Assembly (NCBI GenBank): GCA_040756075.1
Contig: JBFLZX010000002.1
Location: 1-49,072 of the forward strand
Reading direction: 5' to 3'
Length of the DNA stretch: 49,072 nucleotides
Origin: Patescibacteria group bacterium
GTDB lineage: Bacteria > Patescibacteriota > JABMPQ01 > JBFLZX01
Shown: positions 23,637 to 31,725 of the stretch, piece after piece
How the letters are laid out: the number at the start of each line of letters is the position of its first letter
Numbering within the stretch: position 1 is the stretch's first letter
Translations under genes and position numbers: made by a program
Notes under the pieces: model-generated
Database searches by the model: none
What the model was told of the DNA's origin: nothing
The model's input: the letters and a program-made list of their open reading frames with translations, nothing else

Positions 23637-24746
23637 ATGAGGAAAAAAATCACATCGATTATCTTTTTTTCAATATTTATTTTCTTATTATTTAATTTTG
23701 TTTTTGCACAGGAGCAGGAAGCAGAAATTAGCCTAGCAAGCGAACCGTCGTTGCCGGAAGAAGGTATTTTTAATCAAGGGATATCGCAAGCTTGCCGTGA
23801 AAGCGGACAGTGCACTCAATGCGACGGATTGCAGGTTGCGATAAATATTGTTCACTTTCTTTTTAATATTGCTGGACCGCTAGCGGTGTTGATGATAATT
23901 TTAGGCGGATTTTTGTATGTTACATCAGGCGGAAGCGAAGAGCGGGCAAAAACGGCCAAAGGGGCAGTAACCGCGGGAATTGTCGGCTTTGTCATTGTTT
24001 TAATTGCTTGGATTGGAGTTGATTTTATTATTAAAATTTTAGGTTATGAAAAAGCTGGCTCCTGGTTTAGGCCGGATTTAGCTTGTCAAAAATTAGAATA
24101 TGAGGCAGCAGTGAAAACTCCTGGAATTCCTGGCGCCGTCGCGACGGGCGAAATTAAACCAGGAATAAAACAAGGCTGCAACGCTTCATTTCAAGCCGAG
24201 GGAGAATATGATCAGTATTTTTTAGATTCAGCAAGAAAATATAATCTTGATCCTTATTATCTTATGGCGATTGCGATGACCGAGACCGGGATAGGCAAAA
24301 ATATTGGTCCTTCGCCTACCGGCGCTTATGGTATAACACAGTTTCAACCTTCTACTTTTTCTCATTATGCTCCTTCGTCTGCCCCTTTTTCTTGTCAGAA
24401 AAAAATCAGCGGCAAAGAATATGAAAGTGGAGCAGGGTTTTGTGTAAGTACAAAAAAGAATCCTGATCCAGATTGCTGCGAGATTAAAGGGAAATATTCA
24501 AGATGCGAAAGATATGCAAGAACTTGCGCTGATTGGATTAGAAATAATCCTGATGAACTAATTGATCTTTCGGCAAAATATCTTTCCCAATTGAAAGATA
24601 AATATGGCAGTTATGATGTGGCTTCAGCAAAATACAATGGCTGCGGTCAGAACAGCGCTCCTTGTGATTCCAGTCATCTATATGCCCAAAAAGTTCGCCG
24701 TCATTGGAGTAATTTTTGTCAAAATGCCGGCGGCGTTCTTAATTAA
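23637..24746 (+). CDS. T4SS-pilin-like (TrbC/VirB2-like) membrane domain fused to a lytic transglycosylase (SLT) domain
   Basis: Signal peptide, a Cys-rich stretch, then two TM helices separated by SGGSEERAKTAKG (pilin-like hairpin). The C-terminal half has AMTETG...GAYGITQF, typical of the SLT catalytic region. Confidence 0.7.
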   Translation: MRKKITSIIFFSIFIFLLFNFVFAQEQEAEISLASEPSLPEEGIFNQGISQACRESGQCTQCDGLQVAINIVHFLFNIAGPLAVLMIILGGFLYVTSGGSEERAKTAKGAVTAGIVGFVIVLIAWIGVDFIIKILGYEKAGSWFRPDLACQKLEYEAAVKTPGIPGAVATGEIKPGIKQGCNASFQAEGEYDQYFLDSARKYNLDPYYLMAIAMTETGIGKNIGPSPTGAYGITQFQPSTFSHYAPSSAPFSCQKKISGKEYESGAGFCVSTKKNPDPDCCEIKGKYSRCERYARTCADWIRNNPDELIDLSAKYLSQLKDKYGSYDVASAKYNGCGQNSAPCDSSHLYAQKVRRHWSNFCQNAGGVLN

Positions 24747-24757
24747 TTTTAAAATAT

Positions 24758-25966
24758 ATGTCCAAAAACAAATTAATTTTATCAGTAATAATTGTAATAT
24801 TTATTTTATTGTGGGGATTTTGGATTTTTATTTATATTAAAGAAGCAAAAAAACCACAAAAAGAAATAGAGACTAAAACCCCAGTAATTGATAAATCAGA
24901 GTTAATTTCTTTATTGACAGTCGGTTCAACCGACAAAATCGCCAAAGAGAAGGCAAATAATATTTCTTCCCCTTTTTTATTTTTCGAAAAAGAGATTATT
25001 TATTTTTCCGATGTTGAAAATAAGTTTTTTTCTTACAATCTTGATAATAATTTGGTAAAAGATCTTACGGCAATAAATTTAGAAAACAAAGAAGTTTTAG
25101 ATGTCAAATATTATCCGCAATTAGAAAAAATATTAATATTTATAAAAAAAGAAGAAAGAACAAAAGACGAAGAAAATTTAGCTTTTCTTATTAATAATCC
25201 TTTGACGGAAAAAATAGTATATGACACAAGAACAAAAGAAGTCTTTTTTATAAAGAATCCGCGATATCTCCAGGTTGAATTATTGCCTAATGATAATTTT
25301 GTATATTATTATTATGATGAAAAAGAAGGAATAAATGAAATAAATGAAGAAAATCTAAAAAAAGGCGGCCTCGAAAGAAAAGAGTTATATGATTTAAGGA
25401 TATTTAAAGATTTCGCAAATGTTGAATTCTACGGCATTTATAGCGATAAGTTATATTATTCTTTAAAAGAAAATGATGCCAAATCGTTATTTGCTCTTGA
25501 TTTAAATTCAAGCGAGAAACTTTCGGCAAAGTCCGAGATGAACAAAAAGATTATTTCTAATTTTAACGCTATTTCTTTCTCGCCGCAGGGCGGTAAGATT
25601 TTTTATAGTTCATCTGACGATAAATATTTTTTTATTTATGATTTAGCTAACAATAATTTTAAAGAAATTGAATTCGAAAAAGGTCTTTTGGATAATATTT
25701 TGTGGACAAAAGACGAAAAATATTTCTATTATCTTGAAGGAGAGCAAGAAGAAGTAAATGATAAAGGCGACTATTATAATTTAGCAAGAGAAATATGGAA
25801 GTTTGATATTGAAAATAATACAAAGGGAATAATTGAAGATTTATCGCTTGAAGGGAAAGTAGGAATAAAAGACGCATTTTTATCTTTTAATGAAAGGGAT
25901 TTATATTTTGTTAATTTTGCGGACAATAATTTGTATCGTTTATCATTTGAAAATAAAGGGTCTTAA
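24758..25966 (+). CDS. membrane-anchored hypothetical protein, probable PD40-like beta-propeller
   Basis: N-terminal TM helix (LILSVIIVIFILLWGFWIFIY), then repetitive segments such as ISFSPQGGKIFYSSSDDKYFFIYDL. Confidence 0.55.
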   Translation: MSKNKLILSVIIVIFILLWGFWIFIYIKEAKKPQKEIETKTPVIDKSELISLLTVGSTDKIAKEKANNISSPFLFFEKEIIYFSDVENKFFSYNLDNNLVKDLTAINLENKEVLDVKYYPQLEKILIFIKKEERTKDEENLAFLINNPLTEKIVYDTRTKEVFFIKNPRYLQVELLPNDNFVYYYYDEKEGINEINEENLKKGGLERKELYDLRIFKDFANVEFYGIYSDKLYYSLKENDAKSLFALDLNSSEKLSAKSEMNKKIISNFNAISFSPQGGKIFYSSSDDKYFFIYDLANNNFKEIEFEKGLLDNILWTKDEKYFYYLEGEQEEVNDKGDYYNLAREIWKFDIENNTKGIIEDLSLEGKVGIKDAFLSFNERDLYFVNFADNNLYRLSFENKGS

Positions 25967-26017
25967 ACCTTAAAGCAAGGCTCAGATTCTCAAAATAGGT
26001 ATACCCAACCGCAGCAA

Positions 26018-26147
26018 GAGGCTGTCTAAAAACTCGATTTTTTACTTTTCGAGCGAGTGAAGCGAGTCGAGAAATAGCCCATTTAAGCCAAAATTTATTT
26101 TCTCGACTCCGCTCGAAAGGTAAATTTTGGCATTCTTAGACAGCCTC
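26018..26147. mobile_element. MITE-like element with 11-12-bp terminal inverted repeats and a flanking direct repeat
   Basis: The termini (G)AGGCTGTCTAA ... TTAGACAGCCT(C) are flanked on both sides by CAGCAAG. The interior contains ttttcgagcgagtgaagcgagtcgagaaa / tttctcgactccgctcgaaa. Confidence 0.65.
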
Positions 26148-26187
26148 AGCAAGCGGCGGGGTTTTAAACAGTAACCCTGTATTTTCT

Positions 26188-26236
26188 GCGCTCGCTCGTC
26201 CCAATAAAAATGAATTTTTATCGGGATCTCACTCGC
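26188..26236. repeat. imperfect palindrome upstream of the ftsA-like gene
   Basis: gcgctcgctcgtcccaataaaaa-tga-atttttatcgggatctcactcgc. Confidence 0.55.
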
Positions 26237-26246
26237 TTGAAAATAA

Positions 26247-27509
26247 ATGAATATTTTTTCTAAATTATTTTCGAAAAAACTAAAAGAAAATTATGTTTTA
26301 GCTCTTGATATTGGGACAGAATTGGTAAAAGCTTTAATTTTGAAAATAGATAAAAATAAAGAAAAAGGAATTATTGTTGGCGTAGGAAGAGCGCCGCAAA
26401 AAGTTAGTAATATGGAAGGAGGGGCAGTAACCGATATCGAGGGAACAGTTGCTGTTTGCCGTCAGGCAATCAACATCGCAAAAAAAGAGGGAAAGTTTAT
26501 TTGTGATCAAGTAATTTTAGGAATTGCCGGCGAACTTGTAAAAGGACAGACAAAAACTATCCATTATAAACGACTTGCTCCGCAGACAAAAATTGATTCA
26601 AAAGAACTCAAAGAAATTTTACAAAAAGTTCAATGGCAGTCTTTTGATAGAATGCGTCGATTGCTTTCTTTTGAAACAGGGATTGAAGAATTAGATGTAA
26701 AATTAATTAATTCAGCAATTATTGATGTTAGAATTGATGGTTATAAGATAACAAATCCTTTAGGGTTTTGCGGCCGTGATGTCGCAATTTCTATTTTTAA
26801 TGCTTATGCGCCTTTGATTCATTTTGATGCTTTGCAGACAATTGCCTCGGAGTTAAATTTAGATTTGCTTTCAATCGCGGTTGAACCTTATGCGGTTGCC
26901 AAAGCCGTTGTCGAAGATCGATCGGAAGATTTTTCAGCGGTATTTTGCGATGTTGGCGGCGGAACAACTGATTTAGCCTTGGTTAGATCAGGTGGAATTG
27001 AAGGAACAAAAATGTTTGCTTTGGGCGGCCGAGCTTTTACTAAAAGAATTGCTCAAGAATTAAATTTAAATTTCAAAAAAGCGGAAGAAATCAAGATAAA
27101 TTATTCTCTTGGCAAGTTGGACAATAATTTACAGAAAAAAGTAAAAGAAATATTACGCGCTGATTGTAATGTCTGGCAAGCGGGGGTTGAACTGGCATTA
27201 TCGGAATTTCCAAAAACCGAACACTTGCCTTCAAAAATTTTTTTGTGCGGCGGCGGATCAAGGCTTCCGGAAATAAAACAATTTTTAGAGGATAAAAAAT
27301 TGCATAAATCATTGCCTTTTGCTAAATCGCCAAGCGTCCAATTTATTCAACCAAAAGACATTGTAAGTCTTAAAGATAAAACTAACAAGTTGACTGATCA
27401 ACAGGACATTACGCCGATGGGATTGGCAAATTTAGCTTTGGAATTTACAGGCGAAGAGGATTCAGTGCATCATTTTTTTAATAAGACGTTAGAAGTAATT
27501 AGAACATAA
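26247..27509 (+). CDS. ftsA: FtsA-like actin-family ATPase
   Basis: ALDIGTELVKALI (phosphate 1), FCDVGGGTTDLALV (phosphate 2) and LCGGGSRLP (adenosine motif). The layout with an inserted domain is as in FtsA/PilM. No ftsZ lies adjacent. Confidence 0.7.
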   Translation: MNIFSKLFSKKLKENYVLALDIGTELVKALILKIDKNKEKGIIVGVGRAPQKVSNMEGGAVTDIEGTVAVCRQAINIAKKEGKFICDQVILGIAGELVKGQTKTIHYKRLAPQTKIDSKELKEILQKVQWQSFDRMRRLLSFETGIEELDVKLINSAIIDVRIDGYKITNPLGFCGRDVAISIFNAYAPLIHFDALQTIASELNLDLLSIAVEPYAVAKAVVEDRSEDFSAVFCDVGGGTTDLALVRSGGIEGTKMFALGGRAFTKRIAQELNLNFKKAEEIKINYSLGKLDNNLQKKVKEILRADCNVWQAGVELALSEFPKTEHLPSKIFLCGGGSRLPEIKQFLEDKKLHKSLPFAKSPSVQFIQPKDIVSLKDKTNKLTDQQDITPMGLANLALEFTGEEDSVHHFFNKTLEVIRT

Positions 27510-27513
27510 AGAT

Positions 27514-29073
27514 ATGCAGAAAATTTACTTAGAAGCTGATGAAGAAATTACATCTGTTATTGACAAAATTCGTCGAGCAGAAAAAACAGAGGTTGTTTTA
27601 ATTTTTCCAAAAAAAGCGACAATTATTCGCAGTCTTGTAAGTTTAAAATTATTAAAAAAACAGGCAGAAATATTTAATAGACATCTAATTCTTGTAATTT
27701 ATGATGAGATTGGTCGCCATTTAGCAAAATCAGCGAATTTTTTGCTCGGAAAGATAACTGATTCCGGAGAGGTAATATTCGAGGAGTCGGCGACAAAAAA
27801 AACAGAAAAAAAAGCTAAAGAAATGATCATTGAAGAAAAAGAAAAGATAGAAAAAGAGCCTTATAGTAAATTTTTGAAAGCTTATAGCGAGACAACAAAG
27901 AAAGTTTTTTTACTGCCAAAACTCTCGTTAAAGAAATTTTTGCCGATAATTATTATTTTAGCAGCAGTTTTTTGGTATCTTTGTTTTTTTATTTTGCCAA
28001 AAGCAGAAATTAAAATTGTTCCAAAAACCGAATCCTATACTAACGAAGAAGAATTAGTGGTTGATAGCAATGTTGATAATATTAATCAGGATAAAAATAT
28101 AATTCCGGGCAAATTAGAAGCAAAGGAGATATGGGTGACTAAAAAGAAATTTGATGTGAGAGGTGAAAAAGAAATTGGCGATCGAGCTTCAGGAGAAATT
28201 ATTGTTTATAATAAATTTTCTTCTGAAAACATTACTTTGCCAAAAGAAACTAAATTTCAAGCCGAAGGAAAAACTTTTTTGAGTCTTTCTGATTTTGAAA
28301 TACCTGGAGCGAAAGTCAAGGGAGGAAAAACTGTTCCTGGCCAGGTAATTGTAAAAGTAATAGCAGAAAAAGGAGGCGATCAATATAACATCAAACCTTC
28401 AGTATTTATTTTGTCTTCTTTGCCGCCAATACAACAAAAGGATATTTGGGGAGAAAGTAAAAGTGGATTTTCCGGCGGCACCTCAAAAAAAATAAAAGCA
28501 ATATCCGAAGAGGATTTAAAACGAGCAAAAAACGAATTGGTAAAAGAGGGGGAAACCCAAGCTAAAGAACAGCTAAAAAATAATCCTGGGCAAGATAAAA
28601 TGTTTATTGAAAATGCAATATCAGCGGATGTTTTAGAAACAAAAACAGAGGCAAAAGTTGATCAAGAAGCAGTTTCATTTGAAATGGAGGGAAAAATAAG
28701 AATCAAGACAATCATTTTTGCTAAAGAAGATTTAAAAAATATTATATTTCGCGAGCTTAATAAAAAATTAGGGGGTAAAAAAATGGTTGTGGATAATAAT
28801 TTAGATGAGGGTGTTTTGTATGAGGTAAAAAATTTTGACGCAAATCTTGGGAAATTAATTTTTATCGCTAAAATAAATAAGTTAGTTGCCGCCGCCTTTG
28901 ATACTAAAAAATTAAAAACAGAACTTTTTGGCTTAAATAAGCAACAAATTCAGAAAAAACTTTACGAAAATAAAGAAATTCAAGAGGTTAAAATCAATTT
29001 TTGGCCGTTTTGGGTAACAAAAGCGCCAACAAATGAGGCAAAAATAAAAATTATTCTTGACATAAAAAAATAG
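27514..29073 (+). CDS. hypothetical single-pass membrane protein
   Basis: 519-aa ORF starting 4 nt after the ftsA-like stop. It has a cytoplasmic N-domain, a TM helix (LPIIIILAAVFWYLCFFIL) and a large extracytoplasmic region. No domain recognised. Confidence 0.6.
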   Translation: MQKIYLEADEEITSVIDKIRRAEKTEVVLIFPKKATIIRSLVSLKLLKKQAEIFNRHLILVIYDEIGRHLAKSANFLLGKITDSGEVIFEESATKKTEKKAKEMIIEEKEKIEKEPYSKFLKAYSETTKKVFLLPKLSLKKFLPIIIILAAVFWYLCFFILPKAEIKIVPKTESYTNEEELVVDSNVDNINQDKNIIPGKLEAKEIWVTKKKFDVRGEKEIGDRASGEIIVYNKFSSENITLPKETKFQAEGKTFLSLSDFEIPGAKVKGGKTVPGQVIVKVIAEKGGDQYNIKPSVFILSSLPPIQQKDIWGESKSGFSGGTSKKIKAISEEDLKRAKNELVKEGETQAKEQLKNNPGQDKMFIENAISADVLETKTEAKVDQEAVSFEMEGKIRIKTIIFAKEDLKNIIFRELNKKLGGKKMVVDNNLDEGVLYEVKNFDANLGKLIFIAKINKLVAAAFDTKKLKTELFGLNKQQIQKKLYENKEIQEVKINFWPFWVTKAPTNEAKIKIILDIKK

Positions 29074-29185
29074 ATTGGTAAAATTATAAATACGAATTGC
29101 AAGTAAATTGTTATCTTGCTAATTGCTATCTTGTTATATTGTTAATAAGCTAACAAGATATCAAGATAACAAGCTAACAGTCGTT
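29074..29185. repeat. palindromic intergenic element (CAAGATA/TATCTTG units)
   Basis: ..attgttatcttgctaattgctatcttgttatattgtt-aataagc-taacaagatatcaagataacaagctaacag. Confidence 0.75.
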
Positions 29186-29190
29186 GTTTA

Positions 29191-29409
29191 ATGGTTAAAC
29201 AAAAAAATATTATTGAAATGAGGGGTAAAGTAGAAGAAACTCTGCCTGACGCAAGGTTTAAAGTAAGATTAGCAAATGGTCATATAGTTTTTGGCACTCT
29301 TTCGGGAAAAATGAAAATGAATAAAATTAGCGTCTTGGCTGGCGATGAAGTAACAATTGAACTTACGCCATACGATCTTTCAAAGGGAAGAATTACCCGC
29401 CGGCATTGA
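29191..29409 (+). CDS. infA: translation initiation factor IF-1
   Basis: 72-aa S1-like OB fold. [22 protein letters not shown]...[35 protein letters not shown] matches the IF-1 pattern. Confidence 0.95.
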   Translation: MVKQKNIIEMRGKVEETLPDARFKVRLANGHIVFGTLSGKMKMNKISVLAGDEVTIELTPYDLSKGRITRRH

Positions 29410-29579
29410 ACATTGAACATTAAACATTGATCATTGATCAATGAACTACCTCGCAGCAAGCTGCGAGGTATCAAATGTCATTTCGAGCGAAGCGAGAAAT
29501 CTCATAGCCGTGAGATTCCTCGACTCCCCCTCGACTTCGCTCGGGGTCGCTCGGAATGACCCCGAAGTAAGCTTCGGGG
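29405..29579. repeat. composite element: CATTGA units, a CAGCAAG-loop hairpin, the GTCATTTCGAGCGA element and a CCCGAAG hairpin
   Basis: cattgaacattgaacattaaacattgatcattgatcaatgaac; then tacctcgcagcaagctgcgaggta; then 29477-29560, bounded by gtcatttcgagcga/tcgctcggaatgac; then ccccgaagtaagcttcgggg. Confidence 0.8.
29477..29560. mobile_element. 84-nt MITE-like element with GTCATTTCGAGCGA / TCGCTCGGAATGAC termini
   Basis: ~14-bp inverted termini with one mismatch. A reverse-complement copy with a nested insert lies at 41599-41781. Confidence 0.6.
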
Positions 29580-29726
29580 AATTAACTCTATTAAAGATTA
29601 AAAAAAATTTATAGTGTATTTAATATTAACAATCTAAATTTTTGGCAGCAAATGCAAAATGGTCCTAACGGTTGGTAAAATGTAAGATGATACGTTTTTC
29701 AAACGGTATTATTTTTTTATTAAAAA

Positions 29727-29803
29727 ATCGCAAAACGTGTAACGTATAACTTATAACTCAAGAATCGAAACTTGCGTTACAAGTTACAAGTTACAAGTTA
29801 CAA
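29727..29803 (+). repeat. TTACAAG-family hairpin element, copy 1 (upstream of rpmJ)
   Basis: atcgcaaaacgtgtaacgtataacttataac-tcaagaatcgaaac-ttgcgttacaagttacaagttacaagttaca. Identical over ~75 nt to copy 2. Confidence 0.85.
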
Positions 29804-29808
29804 ATTAT

Positions 29809-29922
29809 ACGAAGGTTCGCGCATCAGTAAAAAAAATTTGTGATAAATGTAAAGTAGTCCGGCGCAAAAGGCGGGTTTATATTATTTGCCAAAACCCAAA
29901 GCATAAACAAAGACAAGGCTAA
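29809..29922 (+). CDS. rpmJ: ribosomal protein L36 (no canonical start codon; ACG at the expected position)
   Basis: Hand translation from 29812 gives [36 protein letters not shown], the L36 pattern with a CxxC...C...H zinc motif. The codon before K is ACG. The in-frame upstream stretch back to the TAA at 29740 holds no ATG/GTG/TTG. Confidence 0.75.
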   Translation, partial: TKVRASVKKICDKCKVVRRKRRVYIICQNPKHKQRQG

Positions 29923-29998
29923 TCGCAAAACGTGTAACGTATAACTTATAACTCAAGAATCGAAACTTGCGTTACAAGTTACAAGTTACAAGTTACAC
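29922..29998 (+). repeat. TTACAAG-family hairpin element, copy 2 (upstream of rpsM)
   Basis: Same sequence as copy 1. It ends ..gttacaagttacacgagg immediately before ATG 30003. Confidence 0.85.
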
Positions 29999-30002
29999 GA
30001 GG

Positions 30003-30392
30003 ATGGTTCGCATCGCTGGCATTATGTTGCCGCAAGACAAACGAATAGAAATTGCTTTAACCTATATTTATGGCATAGGCCGGTCTTTGAGTAATAGGAT
30101 TTTAAAGCAAACCCAGATTGACACAAATAAAAGAACTAAAAATCTTTCAGAAGAAGAAGTCGCAAAATTGCGGGAAATTATTGAAAAAAGTTATAAAGTT
30201 GAGGGCGAGTTGCGCCGGGAAAAAATGTTAAATATAAAACGATTAAAAGAAATTGCCTGTCATCGCGGTATTCGGCATATAAAAGGTTTGCCGACAAGGG
30301 GACAGCGGACAAGGACTAATTCTAGAACAGTGCGCGGAAATGTTAGAAAAACAGCCGGCAGCGGCAGAAAACCATCGGCGGAAAAAACCTAA
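30003..30392 (+). CDS. rpsM: ribosomal protein S13
   Basis: [26 protein letters not shown]...[15 protein letters not shown] matches the S13 pattern. The upstream extension in the ORF track is translated repeat. Confidence 0.95.
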   Translation: MVRIAGIMLPQDKRIEIALTYIYGIGRSLSNRILKQTQIDTNKRTKNLSEEEVAKLREIIEKSYKVEGELRREKMLNIKRLKEIACHRGIRHIKGLPTRGQRTRTNSRTVRGNVRKTAGSGRKPSAEKT

Positions 30393-30488
30393 TTGGTTCA
30401 TGGTTCATAGTTGGTAGTTCATAGTTCATAGTTGGTGGTTTGTAGTTATTGAACTATGAACTAATAACCAATAACTAATAACTAAACA
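30393..30488. repeat. palindromic intergenic element (GTTCATA/TATGAAC and AACTAATA units)
   Basis: ggttcatggttcatagttggtagttcatagttcatagttgg... mirrors ...ttgaactatgaactaataaccaataactaataacta. Confidence 0.75.
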
Positions 30489-30489
30489 A

Positions 30490-30927
30490 ATGGGTGTCAT
30501 TCGCGTTAAAACAAAAACGGAAACAGAGGTTTCCGATGCAAAAAAAGTTGCGGCGGCACGGGGCAAAAAAATCAAATATCGATTGTCGCGCGGTAAAGCA
30601 TATATTCAATCTAGCTACAATAATACAATTGTCACTGTTTGTGATTTGAAAGGCAATGTAATCACTTGGGGCTCGGCTGGAGTTTTAGGCTTTCACGGAC
30701 CAAAACGAGCCACACCATACGCGGCAACAGAAATTGTAAAATATATTTTAGAAAAGCTAAAAAATACTGGTTTAAAAGAACTTTATCTTTTTGTTAAAGG
30801 AATTGGCGCTGGAAAAGAAGCAGCAATTCGAGCTTTTGCGACGGGTGGAATGACTATTTTATCAATTCGCGATATCACTCCGATTCCGCACAATGGTCCC
30901 CGGCCGCCAAAAGTGAGAAGAGTCTAG
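30490..30927 (+). CDS. rpsK: ribosomal protein S11
   Basis: GKAYIQSSYNNTIVTVCDLKGNVITWGSAG..GF.G.KRATPYAA...ITPIPHNGPRPPKVRRV matches the S11 pattern. Confidence 0.95.
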   Translation: MGVIRVKTKTETEVSDAKKVAAARGKKIKYRLSRGKAYIQSSYNNTIVTVCDLKGNVITWGSAGVLGFHGPKRATPYAATEIVKYILEKLKNTGLKELYLFVKGIGAGKEAAIRAFATGGMTILSIRDITPIPHNGPRPPKVRRV

Positions 30928-31015
30928 TTTAGTGTTTAGCTTTTAGCGGTTTAGCGTTTAGTGAAAATTTATTAATCACTAATTCATTAATCTCTATACG
31001 CTAAACGCTAATAAA
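30928..31015. repeat. palindromic intergenic element (TTTAGCG/CGCTAAA units)
   Basis: tttagtgtttagcttttagcggtttagcgtttagtg... mirrors ...ctatacgctaaacgctaataa. Confidence 0.7.
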
Positions 31016-31016
31016 T

Positions 31017-31646
31017 ATGGCAAGATTACTTGGTCCGAAATGTAAACGGTGTCGCCGAGAAAAAGAAAAACTCTTTTTAAAAGGGGAGCGTTGTTATACG
31101 CCGAAATGCGCTATGGTGAAAAGAAATTACCTGCCAGGCACTCATGGACAAAAAGGTAAGGGTATGCTGACAGAATATAATTTACATTTAAGAGAAAAAC
31201 AAAAAGCAAAAAAGATTTACGGCATTTTAGAAAAGCAATTTAAAAAATATTTTCAAATCGCCGCGAAAAAAATTGGTGAAACAGGAGAAGTTTTGGTTAA
31301 ACTTTTAGAATCAAGATTAGATAATGTTATTTTTCGTCTTGGTTTTGCTTCCTCAAGATCCCAGGCTAGACTTTTAGTTTCCCATAATCATATTAAAGTT
31401 AATGGAAAGCAAGTAAATATACCGTCTTATCAGGTAAAAGTCGGAGATATAATTGAAATAAAAGAGTCCTCCAAAAAAAATAAATATTTTCAAGGAATAA
31501 AAGCAAAAGGCAAAGCTGAGGATGTGCCAAAATGGCTTAAACTTAATACAAAGACTTTAAAAGGAGAAGTGGTATCTTTGCCAACATCCGCAGATTTAGA
31601 TAAAAAAATAAATACTCAATTAATTGTGGAGTATTATTCGAGATAA
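31017..31646 (+). CDS. rpsD: ribosomal protein S4
   Basis: MARLLGPKCKRCRREKEKLFLKGERCYTPKC (zinc-finger-type N-terminus), the S4 domain LESRLDNVIFRLGFASSRSQARLLVSHNHIKVNG, and a C-terminal ...VEYYSR. Confidence 0.95.
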   Translation: MARLLGPKCKRCRREKEKLFLKGERCYTPKCAMVKRNYLPGTHGQKGKGMLTEYNLHLREKQKAKKIYGILEKQFKKYFQIAAKKIGETGEVLVKLLESRLDNVIFRLGFASSRSQARLLVSHNHIKVNGKQVNIPSYQVKVGDIIEIKESSKKNKYFQGIKAKGKAEDVPKWLKLNTKTLKGEVVSLPTSADLDKKINTQLIVEYYSR

Positions 31647-31720
31647 TCGCAAAACGTATAACATATAACGTATAACGTAAGTTGAAAAAACGTTACATGT
31701 TACAAGTTACACGTTACACG
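31646..31720 (+). repeat. TTACAAG-family hairpin element, copy 3 (upstream of rpoA)
   Basis: atcgcaaaacgtataacatataacgtataacgtaagttgaaaaaacgttacatgttacaagttacacgttacacg. It starts at the last base of the rpsD stop codon and ends 5 nt before ATG 31726. Confidence 0.8.
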
Positions 31721-31725
31721 AAAAT

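Noticed and set aside
29967-30002. N-terminal extensions MRYKLQVT.. on rpsM and rplQ (32728-32757), and the ORF at 31682-31948 starting MKKRYMLQVTRYT.
   Set aside because: These are translations of the TTACAAG repeat from alternative start codons. The conserved protein N-termini begin at ATG 30003, 32758 and 31726.
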